Origin: Gammaproteobacteria bacterium
GTDB lineage: Bacteria > Pseudomonadota > Gammaproteobacteria > Natronospirales > DASSBR01
DNA: 64,000 nt
Direction of reading: 5' to 3'
Assembly (NCBI GenBank): GCA_035688265.1
Contig: DASSNE010000056.1
Location: forward strand, 4,255 to 68,254
Position 1 is the stretch's first letter. Every line of letters begins with the position of its first letter. The notes under the pieces are model-generated. The model ran no database searches, had not been told where the DNA came from, and was given only the letters and a program-made list of their open reading frames with translations. This document shows, one piece after another, positions 47,428-57,842 of this stretch. A program made the translations under genes and the position numbers.

Positions 47428-48776
47428 TCCCCGGCGATGGTCATGGATTCGATCAGGATGGAGCCGGTGCGCACGTTGCCGCGCAGATCGATGTCGTTGC
47501 CGGTCGCGACGATGCCGCGATACATGTCGCGCAGGTTGCCGGCAATGGTGATTTCCTCCACTGGATAGGCGATCGCGCCATCTTCGACCCAGAAGCCGAC
47601 CGCGCCGCGCGAGTAGTCGCCGGTGACGCCGTTGACGCCCTGCCCCATCAGTTCGGTTGCGACCAGACCGGTTCCCATCTGTTTGAGCAGGTCGTCGAAG
47701 CTGTGCGCGCCGTCCGCGACGACGAGGTTGTGCACGCCGCCGGCGTGACCGGTGGTCTGAAGGCCAAGCTTGCGCGCCGCATAGCTGTTGAGCAGGTAGT
47801 TCTGCAGTACGCCGCCGGCGATCAGTTCGCGGTCGCGGGTCGCGACGCCCTCGGCGTCGAACGCGGCGCTGCCGATGGCGCGCGGCAGGTGCGGACGCTC
47901 GCTGATGTTGATGAATTCCGGGAACACCTGCGTGTCGACCGCGCCCAGCAAAAACGACGCCTGGCGGTACTGCGCGCCGCCGCTGATCGCGCCGAGGAAA
48001 TGGCCGATCAGCCCGCGCGCGAGCTGCGGCACGAACAGCACCGGCGCCTTGCGCGTCGACAACCGGCGTGAACCGAGCCGCTGGACGGTACGCTCCGCCG
48101 CCCGCCGCCCGACCGCCTCGGGCGATTCCAGCGCGTCGGCGCTGACCGCGGTCGTGTACCAGTCGTCGCGCTGCATCTGGCCGTCTTCGCGTGCCAGCAT
48201 CGCGCAACTGATCGTGTGTTGCGTGCGCTCCTGGGCTCCGAGGAAGCCGTGGCTGTTGCCGTAAACGTGCAGGCCGCGGTGCGTGTTGACGGCCGCGCCC
48301 TCGGAATTGTGAATGCGCGGATCGAAGGCGCGGGCCGCGTTCTCGCAGGTGAGCGCCAGTTCGATCGCCTGCTCCGGTTCGAGATCCCACGGATGGCACA
48401 GGTCGAGGTCCGGCAGCTCGCCGCGCGCCATCAGCTCGGCGTCGGCGAGGCCGGCCGCGGCATCGTCGGCCGTGTGGCGCGCAATGCTGCACGCGGCCTG
48501 CACCGTGTCCTTGAGTGCCTGCGAACTGAAGTCGGCCGAACTGGCGGAGCCTTTGCTGTGTCCGAAGTAAACGGTCACGCCGAAGCTGCGGTCGCGCTGG
48601 TATTCGAGCGTCTCGACCTCGCCCATGCGCACGTTCAGCGACAGGCCGGATTCGAGGCCCGCGCCGGCCTCGGCCTGGCTCGCACCGCAGTCCTTGGCCT
48701 GGCGCAGCACGTCGCTGACCAGTTGTTCGAGATCGGAGCGGGAATAAGTGGAGGAGGTCTTGTTATTCAAGGTCAT
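47424..48776 (-). CDS. pmbA: Metalloprotease PmbA (TldE)
   Basis: 450 aa with the PmbA/TldD fold, including the C-terminal GDYSRGAVGFWVEDG ... ITIAGN block. Confidence 0.9.
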   Translation of the reverse strand: MTLNNKTSSTYSRSDLEQLVSDVLRQAKDCGASQAEAGAGLESGLSLNVRMGEVETLEYQRDRSFGVTVYFGHSKGSASSADFSSQALKDTVQAACSIARHTADDAAAGLADAELMARGELPDLDLCHPWDLEPEQAIELALTCENAARAFDPRIHNSEGAAVNTHRGLHVYGNSHGFLGAQERTQHTISCAMLAREDGQMQRDDWYTTAVSADALESPEAVGRRAAERTVQRLGSRRLSTRKAPVLFVPQLARGLIGHFLGAISGGAQYRQASFLLGAVDTQVFPEFINISERPHLPRAIGSAAFDAEGVATRDRELIAGGVLQNYLLNSYAARKLGLQTTGHAGGVHNLVVADGAHSFDDLLKQMGTGLVATELMGQGVNGVTGDYSRGAVGFWVEDGAIAYPVEEITIAGNLRDMYRGIVATGNDIDLRGNVRTGSILIESMTIAGE

Positions 48777-48817
48777 GGCTCTGCACGGAAATAGGCTTTC
48801 ATTCTAACAAGACCGCA

Positions 48818-48908
48818 AGTAGCTAGTGCCTAGTCGCCAGGAGCGAGTGAAGAGAAAAAATCACCCTTCTGTGACTCAGTCCTGGCGACTCAGCACTCAG
48901 TCCTGGCC
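48818..48908. repeat. Heptad-periodic palindromic repeat (same family as 27452-27530)
   Basis: AGTAGCT AGTGCCT AGTCGCC AGGAGCG ... A-rich loop ... GTGACTC AGTCCTG GCGACTC AGCACTC AGTCCTG. The arm AGTGCCTAGTCGCCAGGA (48824-48841) pairs with TCCTGGCGACTCAGCACT (48880-48897). Confidence 0.5.
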
Positions 48909-48959
48909 CGATAGGGACCTCACCTATAACCGCACGCCTGTCTCCGGTAAAATGCACGG

Positions 48960-49469
48960 ATGACCAAGGACGCCAAACCGCTCGTCGGCATCATCATGGG
49001 TTCGCAGTCGGACTGGGACACGCTCCGGCATGCCGCCGACACCCTCGCTACACTAGGCGTGCCGCACGAAAAGCGGGTGGTATCGGCCCATCGCACGCCC
49101 GACCTGCTGTTCGAATACGCCGAAGGCGCGGCCGCGCGCGGCATCCAGGTGATCATCGCCGGCGCCGGCGGCGCGGCGCACCTGCCGGGCATGACCGCCG
49201 CCAAGACGCAGCTGCCGGTGCTCGGCGTGCCGGTCGAGTCGCGCGCGCTCAAGGGGCTCGACTCGCTGCTGTCGATCGCGCAAATGCCTGCCGGCGTGCC
49301 CGTGGGGACATTGGCGATCGGCAAGGCCGGCGCGATCAACGCCGCCCTGCTCGCCGCCTCGATTCTGGGCCTCTCGCATCCGGAGATCTCCGCGGCCCTA
49401 ATGCAGTATCGCAGCAAACAAACCGAACGCGTGCTGTCTCAACCGGAACCGCAGGACAAGGCCCGCTAA
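48960..49469 (+). CDS. purE: N5-carboxyaminoimidazole ribonucleotide mutase
   Basis: IIMGSQSDW ... SAHRTP ... [13 protein letters not shown]. Confidence 0.95.
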   Translation: MTKDAKPLVGIIMGSQSDWDTLRHAADTLATLGVPHEKRVVSAHRTPDLLFEYAEGAAARGIQVIIAGAGGAAHLPGMTAAKTQLPVLGVPVESRALKGLDSLLSIAQMPAGVPVGTLAIGKAGAINAALLAASILGLSHPEISAALMQYRSKQTERVLSQPEPQDKAR

Positions 49470-49500
49470 CCTCTCACCCCTGACCTCTTACCCTTATATT

Positions 49501-50592
49501 ATGCAAACCATCGGCATCATTGGCGCAGGCCAGCTCGGCCGCATGATGGCGCTCGCCGGCTACCCGCTCGGCCTGCGCTTCGTGTTTCTGGACAAGGACG
49601 CCGGAACCCCGGGCGGCCAGGTCGGCGACATCATTGTCGGCGCGTTCGATGATTCGGCCAAGCTCGCGGAACTGGCGGAGCGGGCCGACATACTGACCTT
49701 CGACTTTGAAAACGTTCCGGCCGGGCCACTCGCGCCCATTGCCGACAAGATGCCCGTATGGCCGCCGGCCGATGCGCTTGAAACCGCCCAGGACCGGCTG
49801 CTCGAAAAGCGCCTGTTCGTCGCCCAAGGCCTGGCGACGCCGCAGTTCGAGCCGGTCGATACGCTCGCCGAACTCAAGACAGCCGTCGACAAGATCGGCC
49901 TGCCCGCGGTGCTGAAAACCCGCCGCCTGGGCTACGACGGCAAGGGCCAGCGCATGCTGCGCGAGCCGGGCGACATCGAACCGGCCTGGAATGACCTCGG
50001 CGGCGTGCCGCTGATCCTCGAGCAGTTCATCGAATTCGACCGCGAAGTCTCGATCGTCGGCGTGCGTTCGACCGGCGGCGAATGCCGGTTCTACCCGCTC
50101 GCCCACAACACCCACCACCACGGCATCCTGCATCACTCGATCGCGCCGTACGTGGACGCGGACTTGCAGGCGAAGGCCGAAGGCCATTCGCGCACGCTGA
50201 TGGAGCATTTCGGCTATGTGGGCGTGCTGACGATTGAATTCTTCGTCAAGGGCAGCAACCTGATCGCCAACGAAATCGCGCCGCGCGTGCACAACTCCGG
50301 CCACTGGACTATTGAAGGCGCCGAAACCAGCCAGTTCGAAAATCATATCCGCGCGGTTGCCGACCTGCCGCTGGGCGACACGAAGCCGATCGGGCACTCG
50401 GCGATGGTGAACTTCCTGGGCGAGATGCCGCCGCTCGACGAGGTCCTGAAGATCCCCGGCGCGCACTACCACGACTACGGCAAGAGCCCCCGCCCCGGCC
50501 GCAAGTTGGGGCATTGCACATTGCGGGCGGCGACACGGGACGAACTCGATGCGCGGTTCGAACAACTGCGTTTGGTTATGAACCCTGCATAG
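49501..50592 (+). CDS. purK: N5-carboxyaminoimidazole ribonucleotide synthase
   Basis: IGIIGAGQLGRM, ATP-grasp blocks, and NEIAPRVHNSGHWT. Confidence 0.9.
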   Translation: MQTIGIIGAGQLGRMMALAGYPLGLRFVFLDKDAGTPGGQVGDIIVGAFDDSAKLAELAERADILTFDFENVPAGPLAPIADKMPVWPPADALETAQDRLLEKRLFVAQGLATPQFEPVDTLAELKTAVDKIGLPAVLKTRRLGYDGKGQRMLREPGDIEPAWNDLGGVPLILEQFIEFDREVSIVGVRSTGGECRFYPLAHNTHHHGILHHSIAPYVDADLQAKAEGHSRTLMEHFGYVGVLTIEFFVKGSNLIANEIAPRVHNSGHWTIEGAETSQFENHIRAVADLPLGDTKPIGHSAMVNFLGEMPPLDEVLKIPGAHYHDYGKSPRPGRKLGHCTLRAATRDELDARFEQLRLVMNPA

Positions 50593-50605
50593 CCCACCCT
50601 CTTAC

Positions 50606-50725
50606 TCCCTCTCCCTTCGGGAGAGGGTTGGGGTGAGGGTGCCCAGTAGCGGCAGCGCTTGTTATACCTCACGTTGTGGCGAAGCCGAACCCTCACCCCC
50701 AGCCCCTCTCCCGAAGGGAGAGGGG
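50606..50725. repeat. Inverted pair of REP-like elements (CCCTCTCCC-TTCG-GGGAGAGGG + GGGGTGAGGGT type)
   Basis: Copy 1 at 50606-50640 and copy 2 at 50689-50725 in inverted orientation. Each contains its own 9-bp hairpin. Translations give the common ...PSPEGRG.../...GEGWGEG... repeat peptides. Confidence 0.65.
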
Positions 50726-50775
50726 AGCAAGAGAATTTGCCGCGCGCCCGACCGGCGGCTCATAATGACCTTTAG

Positions 50776-52689
<1,914 letters not shown>

Positions 52690-52722
52690 AAGCCGATAAC
52701 CAACGCGAAAAGGAGCTTCGCC

Positions 52723-53103
52723 ATGATAAATCCCGTCAGAAACCAGATTGTCTGGGTCGACATCCCGGTCACCGACCTCGATCGGGCGATCGATTTTTAC
52801 TCCGCCGTGCTGGGCGACAAGGTGGTGCGCGCCGACGCCAACGGCGTCGAGATCGGCGTGCTGCCGCACGCGGACAACGGCGCGTCAGGCTGCCTGTACG
52901 TCTCCGAGGACTATCCGCCCACCACCCACGGGCCGTTGATCTACCTGAACGTCGACGGCCGCATCGACGATGCCGAACTGGCCGCCGACCGCCACGGCGG
53001 CAAGATGATTGAGCCGCGGGCGCAGATCGGTGAGCATGGCTGGCGCGTGATCTTCATCGACCCGGAGGGCAACCGCATCGCGCTGCACTCGCAAACGGCA
53101 TAG
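52723..53103 (+). CDS. VOC/glyoxalase-family protein
   Basis: 126 aa: IVWVDIPVTDLDRAIDFYSAVLG ... IFIDPEGNRIALHS. Confidence 0.75.
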   Translation: MINPVRNQIVWVDIPVTDLDRAIDFYSAVLGDKVVRADANGVEIGVLPHADNGASGCLYVSEDYPPTTHGPLIYLNVDGRIDDAELAADRHGGKMIEPRAQIGEHGWRVIFIDPEGNRIALHSQTA

Positions 53104-53262
53104 TGCACTGCGCCGTAATTGGCGGCGCTTTCTCGCGAGCGAATTTTTGTGACTGGCAAGGCGCGGCGACGAGTCATAGCCGTAGCTATGGCGAGGAGCT
53201 GCAACGCCGCCAGGCGCAAAAAGGCGCCGCGAAAAGCTCGTTAATTGCGGCGTAGTGCACTA
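53101..53262. repeat. MITE-like element with 20-bp terminal inverted repeats
   Basis: TAGTGCACTGCGCCGTAATT (53101-53120) versus the reverse complement of AATTGCGGCGTAGTGCACTA (53243-53262) matches 18 of 20. Central palindrome CATAGC-CGTA-GCTATG (53175-53190). Confidence 0.55.
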
Positions 53263-53297
53263 CAATACGCACTTTTCCTTAGTTCAAGAGGTCAAAG

Positions 53298-53972
53298 ATG
53301 GCGGCAGCGACAGCGGCCGGGATGGACTATGCCCGGCGGATGATGGTGGAGCGCCAGATTCGCACCTGGGACGTGCTCGACCGGCATGTGCTCAACCTGC
53401 TCGAGGAAATGCCGCGCGAGCGCTTCGTGCCGGCGCATCATCGCGGCCTCGCCTACGCGGATACCGAAATCCCGCTCGGCGACGGCCAGATCATGATGGC
53501 GCCGAAAGTCGAGGGCCGCATGCTGCAGGCGCTGGACGTCCAAACCGGCGACTCGATCCTGGAAATCGGCACCGGCAGCGGCTTTATCACCGCCTGTCTT
53601 GCGAGTCTCGGCCGCGAAGTCCTTTCCTGCGACATTCGCGATGCCTTCTTCGGCGGGGCGCGCGCCGCGCTGCATGACCTCGGCCTGGACGAGCAGGTCG
53701 AACTCCTGCACCAGGATGCCGCCAACCTCAACTGGACCGATCGCCGTTTCGACGTCATCTGTGTCACCGGCTCGCTGCCGGTGCTCGACCCGAGCTTCGC
53801 CGACCGCCTGGAAATCGGCGGCCGGCTGTTCGTCGTCGTCGGCCAGGCGCCGGCGATGGAAGCGCTGCTGCTGACCCGCGTCGACGAGAATGAATGGGCG
53901 CGCGAAAGCCTGTTCGAGACCGTGCTGCCGGCGCTCGACAACGTCGCGGTACCCTCGCCGTTCCGCTTCTGA
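53298..53972 (+). CDS. Protein-L-isoaspartate O-methyltransferase-like protein
   Basis: Motif I ILEIGTGSGF, RFDVICVTGS, and a PCMT-like N-terminus (MVERQIRTWDV). Confidence 0.8.
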   Translation: MAAATAAGMDYARRMMVERQIRTWDVLDRHVLNLLEEMPRERFVPAHHRGLAYADTEIPLGDGQIMMAPKVEGRMLQALDVQTGDSILEIGTGSGFITACLASLGREVLSCDIRDAFFGGARAALHDLGLDEQVELLHQDAANLNWTDRRFDVICVTGSLPVLDPSFADRLEIGGRLFVVVGQAPAMEALLLTRVDENEWARESLFETVLPALDNVAVPSPFRF

Positions 53973-54289
53973 TGCGCTCGATCGACGCCACCGGACTCGC
54001 CGGCCTGCTGCAACAGGATGCCGATCTGACGTTCCTCGACGTACGCGAGCCGTGGGAGCACCAGATGGCGTCGGTTCCCGAGGCCACGCTGATCCCGATG
54101 GGCGAAGTCGCCGGCCGGCTGGATGAGCTGGACCCGGAGCGCACGACGGTGGTGATGTGCCATCATGGCAATCGCAGCGCCACCGTCGCACGGTTCCTGG
54201 AGCAGCATGGCTTCCGCGACGTGGTGAATCTCGAAGGGGGCATCGATGGCTGGTCGGAAAACGTTGATCCGGGCGTGCCGCGGTACTGA
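53972..54289 (+). CDS. Single-domain rhodanese (sulfurtransferase)
   Basis: 105 aa. LDVREPWE, the active-site loop CHHGNRS, and LEGGIDGW. The start overlaps the upstream stop by 1 nt. Confidence 0.85.
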   Translation: MRSIDATGLAGLLQQDADLTFLDVREPWEHQMASVPEATLIPMGEVAGRLDELDPERTTVVMCHHGNRSATVARFLEQHGFRDVVNLEGGIDGWSENVDPGVPRY

Positions 54290-54313
54290 CCCCGAAATCC
54301 TGTTGCATTAGAC

Positions 54314-55027
54314 GTGGTCGTGATCGGGCTTGCGGTAGCAGCGATTATCGCGGTTGCCGCCATCATCTCTGCCGCCCTGTTTTACCGGCAGGCGCGGCAT
54401 CTCCAGCGCGAGCTGCACCGCCTCGAAGCGCGCCGCCTGCGCAGCCAGCTCAATCCGCATTTCCTGTTCAACGCGCTCAACGCCGTCTCCGAACTCGGCT
54501 ACCACGATCCGGGCGCGGCGGATCGCACCGTCACGCAGCTCGGCAACCTGCTCCGGATTTCACTCGACACCGACAACCGCTACGAAATCTCGCTGAAGGA
54601 CGAACTGGACATCCTCCGGCGCTATCTCGACATCCAGCAGACGCTGCTGCAGAGCCGGCTGCAGATTCATTTCGACATCGCGCCGGACACGCTGGCCGCC
54701 CGCGTGCCGAGCATGATCCTGCAACCGCTGGCGGAAAATGCCGTCACCCATGGCATTACGCCGACCCGCGGCGGCTGCATCGACATCGCCGCGCGCCGCG
54801 AAGGCGACCGACTGGTGCTCGAAATCCGCGACGACGGGCCCGGTCTCACCAACGCCGGCTGCGAGCGTGTGGGCCTGGGCAACACCCGCAGCCGCCTTGC
54901 GCACCTGTACGGCCGTGCGCAAGACTTTGCCCTCAAGAGTGGTGCCGATGGCTGGACCGTCGCGCGCATCAGTCTCCCGTTCCACGAAGCCTGGGCCTAC
55001 GATGAAGACGCGCACGCTAATTATTGA
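54314..55027 (+). CDS. Minimal LytS/YehU-type sensor histidine kinase (single N-terminal TM, no sensor domain)
   Basis: H-box LRSQLNPHFLFNALNAV (His_kinase type) plus HATPase_c (LAENAVTHG ... RDDGPGL ... GLGNTRSRL). An in-frame stop at 54287 limits the N-terminus to about 25 hydrophobic residues. Confidence 0.8.
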   Translation: MVVIGLAVAAIIAVAAIISAALFYRQARHLQRELHRLEARRLRSQLNPHFLFNALNAVSELGYHDPGAADRTVTQLGNLLRISLDTDNRYEISLKDELDILRRYLDIQQTLLQSRLQIHFDIAPDTLAARVPSMILQPLAENAVTHGITPTRGGCIDIAARREGDRLVLEIRDDGPGLTNAGCERVGLGNTRSRLAHLYGRAQDFALKSGADGWTVARISLPFHEAWAYDEDAHANY

Positions 55028-55715
55028 CGACATGCCGCTGTCGCGGGCGCGCACGCGGCGCTACCTCGAAGACGAAACCGACATCGAGATCGTCGGCGAA
55101 TGCGGCGACGGCGAAGCCGCGATCGCCGCAATTGCCGAGCAGCGTCCGGACCTGGTCTTTCTGGACGTACAGATGCCCGGCATGAGCGGCTTTGAACTGC
55201 TGGAAAAGGTGCCGGCCGACGAACGCCCGGCAGTGGTCTTTATTACCGCGTTCGACGAGTTCGCCGTGCCCGCGTTCGAAGTCCGCGCGGTGGATTACCT
55301 GCTCAAACCCTTCGACCACGAGCGGCTCAAGCAGGCGCTCGCGCGCGTGCGCGAACGACTGAAGACCGGCGAAAATCACAAAAAACCGCTCAGCCGCTTC
55401 GCGGTCAAGTCGGTGGGCAAGACCGTGTTTGTCGATGTGGACGCGGTGGACTGGATCGAAACCGCCGGCAACTACCTTTGCCTGCACGCCGGCGGCGACA
55501 CCCACCTCGTCCGCGAAACGATGGCGCAGGTCGAGTCGCAACTCGACCCGCAGCGCTTCGCGCGCATTCACCGCTCGACCATCGTGCGCATCGATCGCAT
55601 CCAGTCGATGCAGCCGCTGTTCAACGGCGATCGCTGCGTCACTCTCATCGACGGCACGCAACTCACCATGAGCCGGTCGTACCGCGACAAGGTCGACGCG
55701 ATTCTGCACGCCTGA
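55002..55715 (+). CDS. LytTR-family response regulator
   Basis: Receiver (LIIDDMPLSR ... LVFLDVQMPGMSG ... LLKP) plus a LytTR DNA-binding domain (IDWIETAGNYLCLH ... FARIHRSTIVRIDRI). Overlaps the kinase gene by 26 nt. Confidence 0.9.
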   Translation: MKTRTLIIDDMPLSRARTRRYLEDETDIEIVGECGDGEAAIAAIAEQRPDLVFLDVQMPGMSGFELLEKVPADERPAVVFITAFDEFAVPAFEVRAVDYLLKPFDHERLKQALARVRERLKTGENHKKPLSRFAVKSVGKTVFVDVDAVDWIETAGNYLCLHAGGDTHLVRETMAQVESQLDPQRFARIHRSTIVRIDRIQSMQPLFNGDRCVTLIDGTQLTMSRSYRDKVDAILHA

Positions 55716-55719
55716 GCCC

Positions 55720-55773
55720 CACGACTCGTCCCTCGATCGCCACGATTCATCCCACCACCGCCGCGATTCGTCA
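55720..55773 (+). promoter_or_regulatory. Three phased direct repeats, candidate LytTR operator upstream of the transporter operon
   Basis: CACGACTCGTCC (55720), CACGATTCATCC (55741) and CGCGATTCGTCA (55762). The start-to-start spacing is exactly 21 bp both times. A possible -10 TAAATT lies at 55805-55810 and the RBS GAGGA at 55829-55833. Confidence 0.5.
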
Positions 55774-55838
55774 CATTTCGGTTGTCGGTCGATGAGTGCC
55801 GCCTTAAATTGGCGGCGCAAATCGAATTGAGGACCTGA

Positions 55839-57068
55839 ATGGACAAGAAAGAAGCACTCGACGCGCTCCGGATCGACCGCGACGCCGAGCCGCCGCAGAA
55901 TGGCCGCGGCGGCCGCATCGCGGGTGCCATCTTTGCGGTGATCGTCCTGATCGGCGGCGCCGCAGCATGGGCTTTCCTCGCGCCGCACGCGATGGCGGTC
56001 GAAACCGCGCCGGTCGAAGTCACCGGCGGCGGCGCGGCGAGTAACGCGGGCAGCGTGCTGAATGCCTCCGGCTATGTCGTCGCCGAGATGTCCACGACCG
56101 TCGCCTCGCAAACCGTCGGCATGATCAAGCAGGTGCTGGTCACCGAAGGCATGCACGTCCACAAGGGGCAGGTGCTGGCGTACCTCGAGGACGACGCGGC
56201 CCGCGCCAGGGTCGCGACCGCCAAAAGCCAGGTGCAGGCCAACAAGGCTGCCGTCGCGCAGGCGCAGGCGAAGCTCGCCGAAGACCGGCTGACGCTCAAG
56301 CGCACCCGGTCGATGGCCGAGCAGCGTCTGACCAGCGCGGCCGACCTTGACCAGGCCGAGGCCGCCGTCAATATGGACGAGGCCGCTGTCAAGCAGGCCC
56401 AGGCACAGGTTGCAGTCGCAGAAGCCAATCTCCGGTCCGCCCAAATCGAACTCGGCTACACCACTATCCGCGCACCGTTCACCGGCGTTGTCACCGAAAA
56501 GTACGCGCACCCGGGCGAAATGATCTCGCCCGCGGCGGTGGGCGGTTTTACCAAGACCGGCGTGTGCCAACTCGTCGATATGAATTCGCTCGAAATCGAT
56601 GTGGACGTCAACGAAGCCTATATCCAGCGAGTCCACGACGGCATGCGAGTCGAAGCGGTGCTGGACGCCTACCCCGACTGGCGCATCCCGGCGCACGTGA
56701 TCAGCGTAGTACCGACCGCGAACCGCGAGAAGGCGACTGTCAAGGTGCGTATCGCATTCGACAAGCTCGACCCGCGCATCGTGCCGGAGATGGGCGTGCA
56801 GGTCTGGTTTTACGAGAAGGCGCCGAAGAAAGCCGAGCACACGCCGGTCGCGCTGCTGGTGCCGTCGAAAGCCGTTCACGGCGGCGGCACCGACCGCTAT
56901 GTGTTCCTGCTCGCCGACGGCCACGCCGAGCGCCGCAGCGTCACCGTCGGTCCCGAGCAAAACGGCAAGGTCACCGTGCTGTCCGGCCTGTCCGGCGGGC
57001 AGCGCGTCATCGTCTCGTCACCGAAGCCGCTGCGCGACGGTATTGCAGTTGAAGCGAAGCAGATCTAA
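55839..57068 (+). CDS. MacA/HlyD-type periplasmic adaptor (membrane fusion protein)
   Basis: N-terminal TM anchor, a long coiled-coil hairpin (AKSQVQANKAAVAQAQAKLAEDRL ... AAVKQAQAQVAVAEANL), and IRAPFTGVV lipoyl/beta-barrel blocks. Confidence 0.85.
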   Translation: MDKKEALDALRIDRDAEPPQNGRGGRIAGAIFAVIVLIGGAAAWAFLAPHAMAVETAPVEVTGGGAASNAGSVLNASGYVVAEMSTTVASQTVGMIKQVLVTEGMHVHKGQVLAYLEDDAARARVATAKSQVQANKAAVAQAQAKLAEDRLTLKRTRSMAEQRLTSAADLDQAEAAVNMDEAAVKQAQAQVAVAEANLRSAQIELGYTTIRAPFTGVVTEKYAHPGEMISPAAVGGFTKTGVCQLVDMNSLEIDVDVNEAYIQRVHDGMRVEAVLDAYPDWRIPAHVISVVPTANREKATVKVRIAFDKLDPRIVPEMGVQVWFYEKAPKKAEHTPVALLVPSKAVHGGGTDRYVFLLADGHAERRSVTVGPEQNGKVTVLSGLSGGQRVIVSSPKPLRDGIAVEAKQI

Positions 57069-57105
57069 ACCGAACCAGATTGAAGACAGCAACAAGGAGA
57101 TAGCC

Positions 57106-57840
57106 ATGTCCGCCACTGAAGCCACTGTCGAGAAAGAAACCACCGCCACCGCCGAACCGGCGCTGGTGCAACTGAAAGATGTCGTCAAGACCTACCAGCG
57201 CGGCTCGGAAACCGTGCAGGTGCTGCAGAAACTCAGCCTCGACGTGCCGCGCGGTGATTTTCTCGCGCTGATGGGCCCGTCCGGCTCCGGCAAGACGACG
57301 TTGATGAACCTGCTCGGCGGCCTCGACAAGCCGACCTCGGGCCAGGTCATCATCGACGATCAGCCGATTCACCAGCTTTCCGACAGCGCCCTGGCAAAAT
57401 GGCGGGCCAGGCACGTCGGCTTTGTCTTCCAGCTCTACCACCTGCTGCCGGTGCTGAACGCCGAGCGCAACATCGAGCTGCCCCTGCTGCTGACCAAGCT
57501 GTCGCACAGCGAGCGCAAAAAGCGCGTCGCCGCCGCGTTGTCGCTGGTCGGCCTGTCGGAACGCGGCAAACACAAGCCGAGCGAGCTGTCGGGTGGCCAG
57601 GAACAGCGCGTCGGCATCGCCCGCGCAATCGTCACCGACCCCACGATCCTGCTCTGCGACGAGCCGACCGGCGACCTCGACCGCAAGGCCGGCGACGAAA
57701 TCCTCGAGCTGCTGCAGGTGCTCAACGAGGAACATGGCAAGACCATCGTGATGGTCACCCACGATCCCCACGCCGCCGCCTGTGCCAAGCGCACATTGTT
57801 CATGAACAAGGGCGTGTTGAGCGAAGAGCCGGAAGCCTGA
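57106..57840 (+). CDS. LolD/MacB-type ABC ATPase (stand-alone NBD)
   Basis: AAGGAGA RBS. Walker A GPSGSGKTT, signature LSGGQEQR, Walker B LLCDEPTGDLD, and H-loop VTHD. Confidence 0.9.
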   Translation: MSATEATVEKETTATAEPALVQLKDVVKTYQRGSETVQVLQKLSLDVPRGDFLALMGPSGSGKTTLMNLLGGLDKPTSGQVIIDDQPIHQLSDSALAKWRARHVGFVFQLYHLLPVLNAERNIELPLLLTKLSHSERKKRVAAALSLVGLSERGKHKPSELSGGQEQRVGIARAIVTDPTILLCDEPTGDLDRKAGDEILELLQVLNEEHGKTIVMVTHDPHAAACAKRTLFMNKGVLSEEPEA

Positions 57841-57842
57841 TC

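Noticed and set aside
55797-55816. Small hairpin GCCGCC-TTAAATT-GGCGGC before the adaptor gene, whose right arm resembles part of the MITE repeat at 53116-53128 (TAATTGGCGGCGC)
   Set aside because: Only about 13 nt are shared, and this is low-information GC-rich sequence. It overlaps the putative -10, so it is possibly coincidental.
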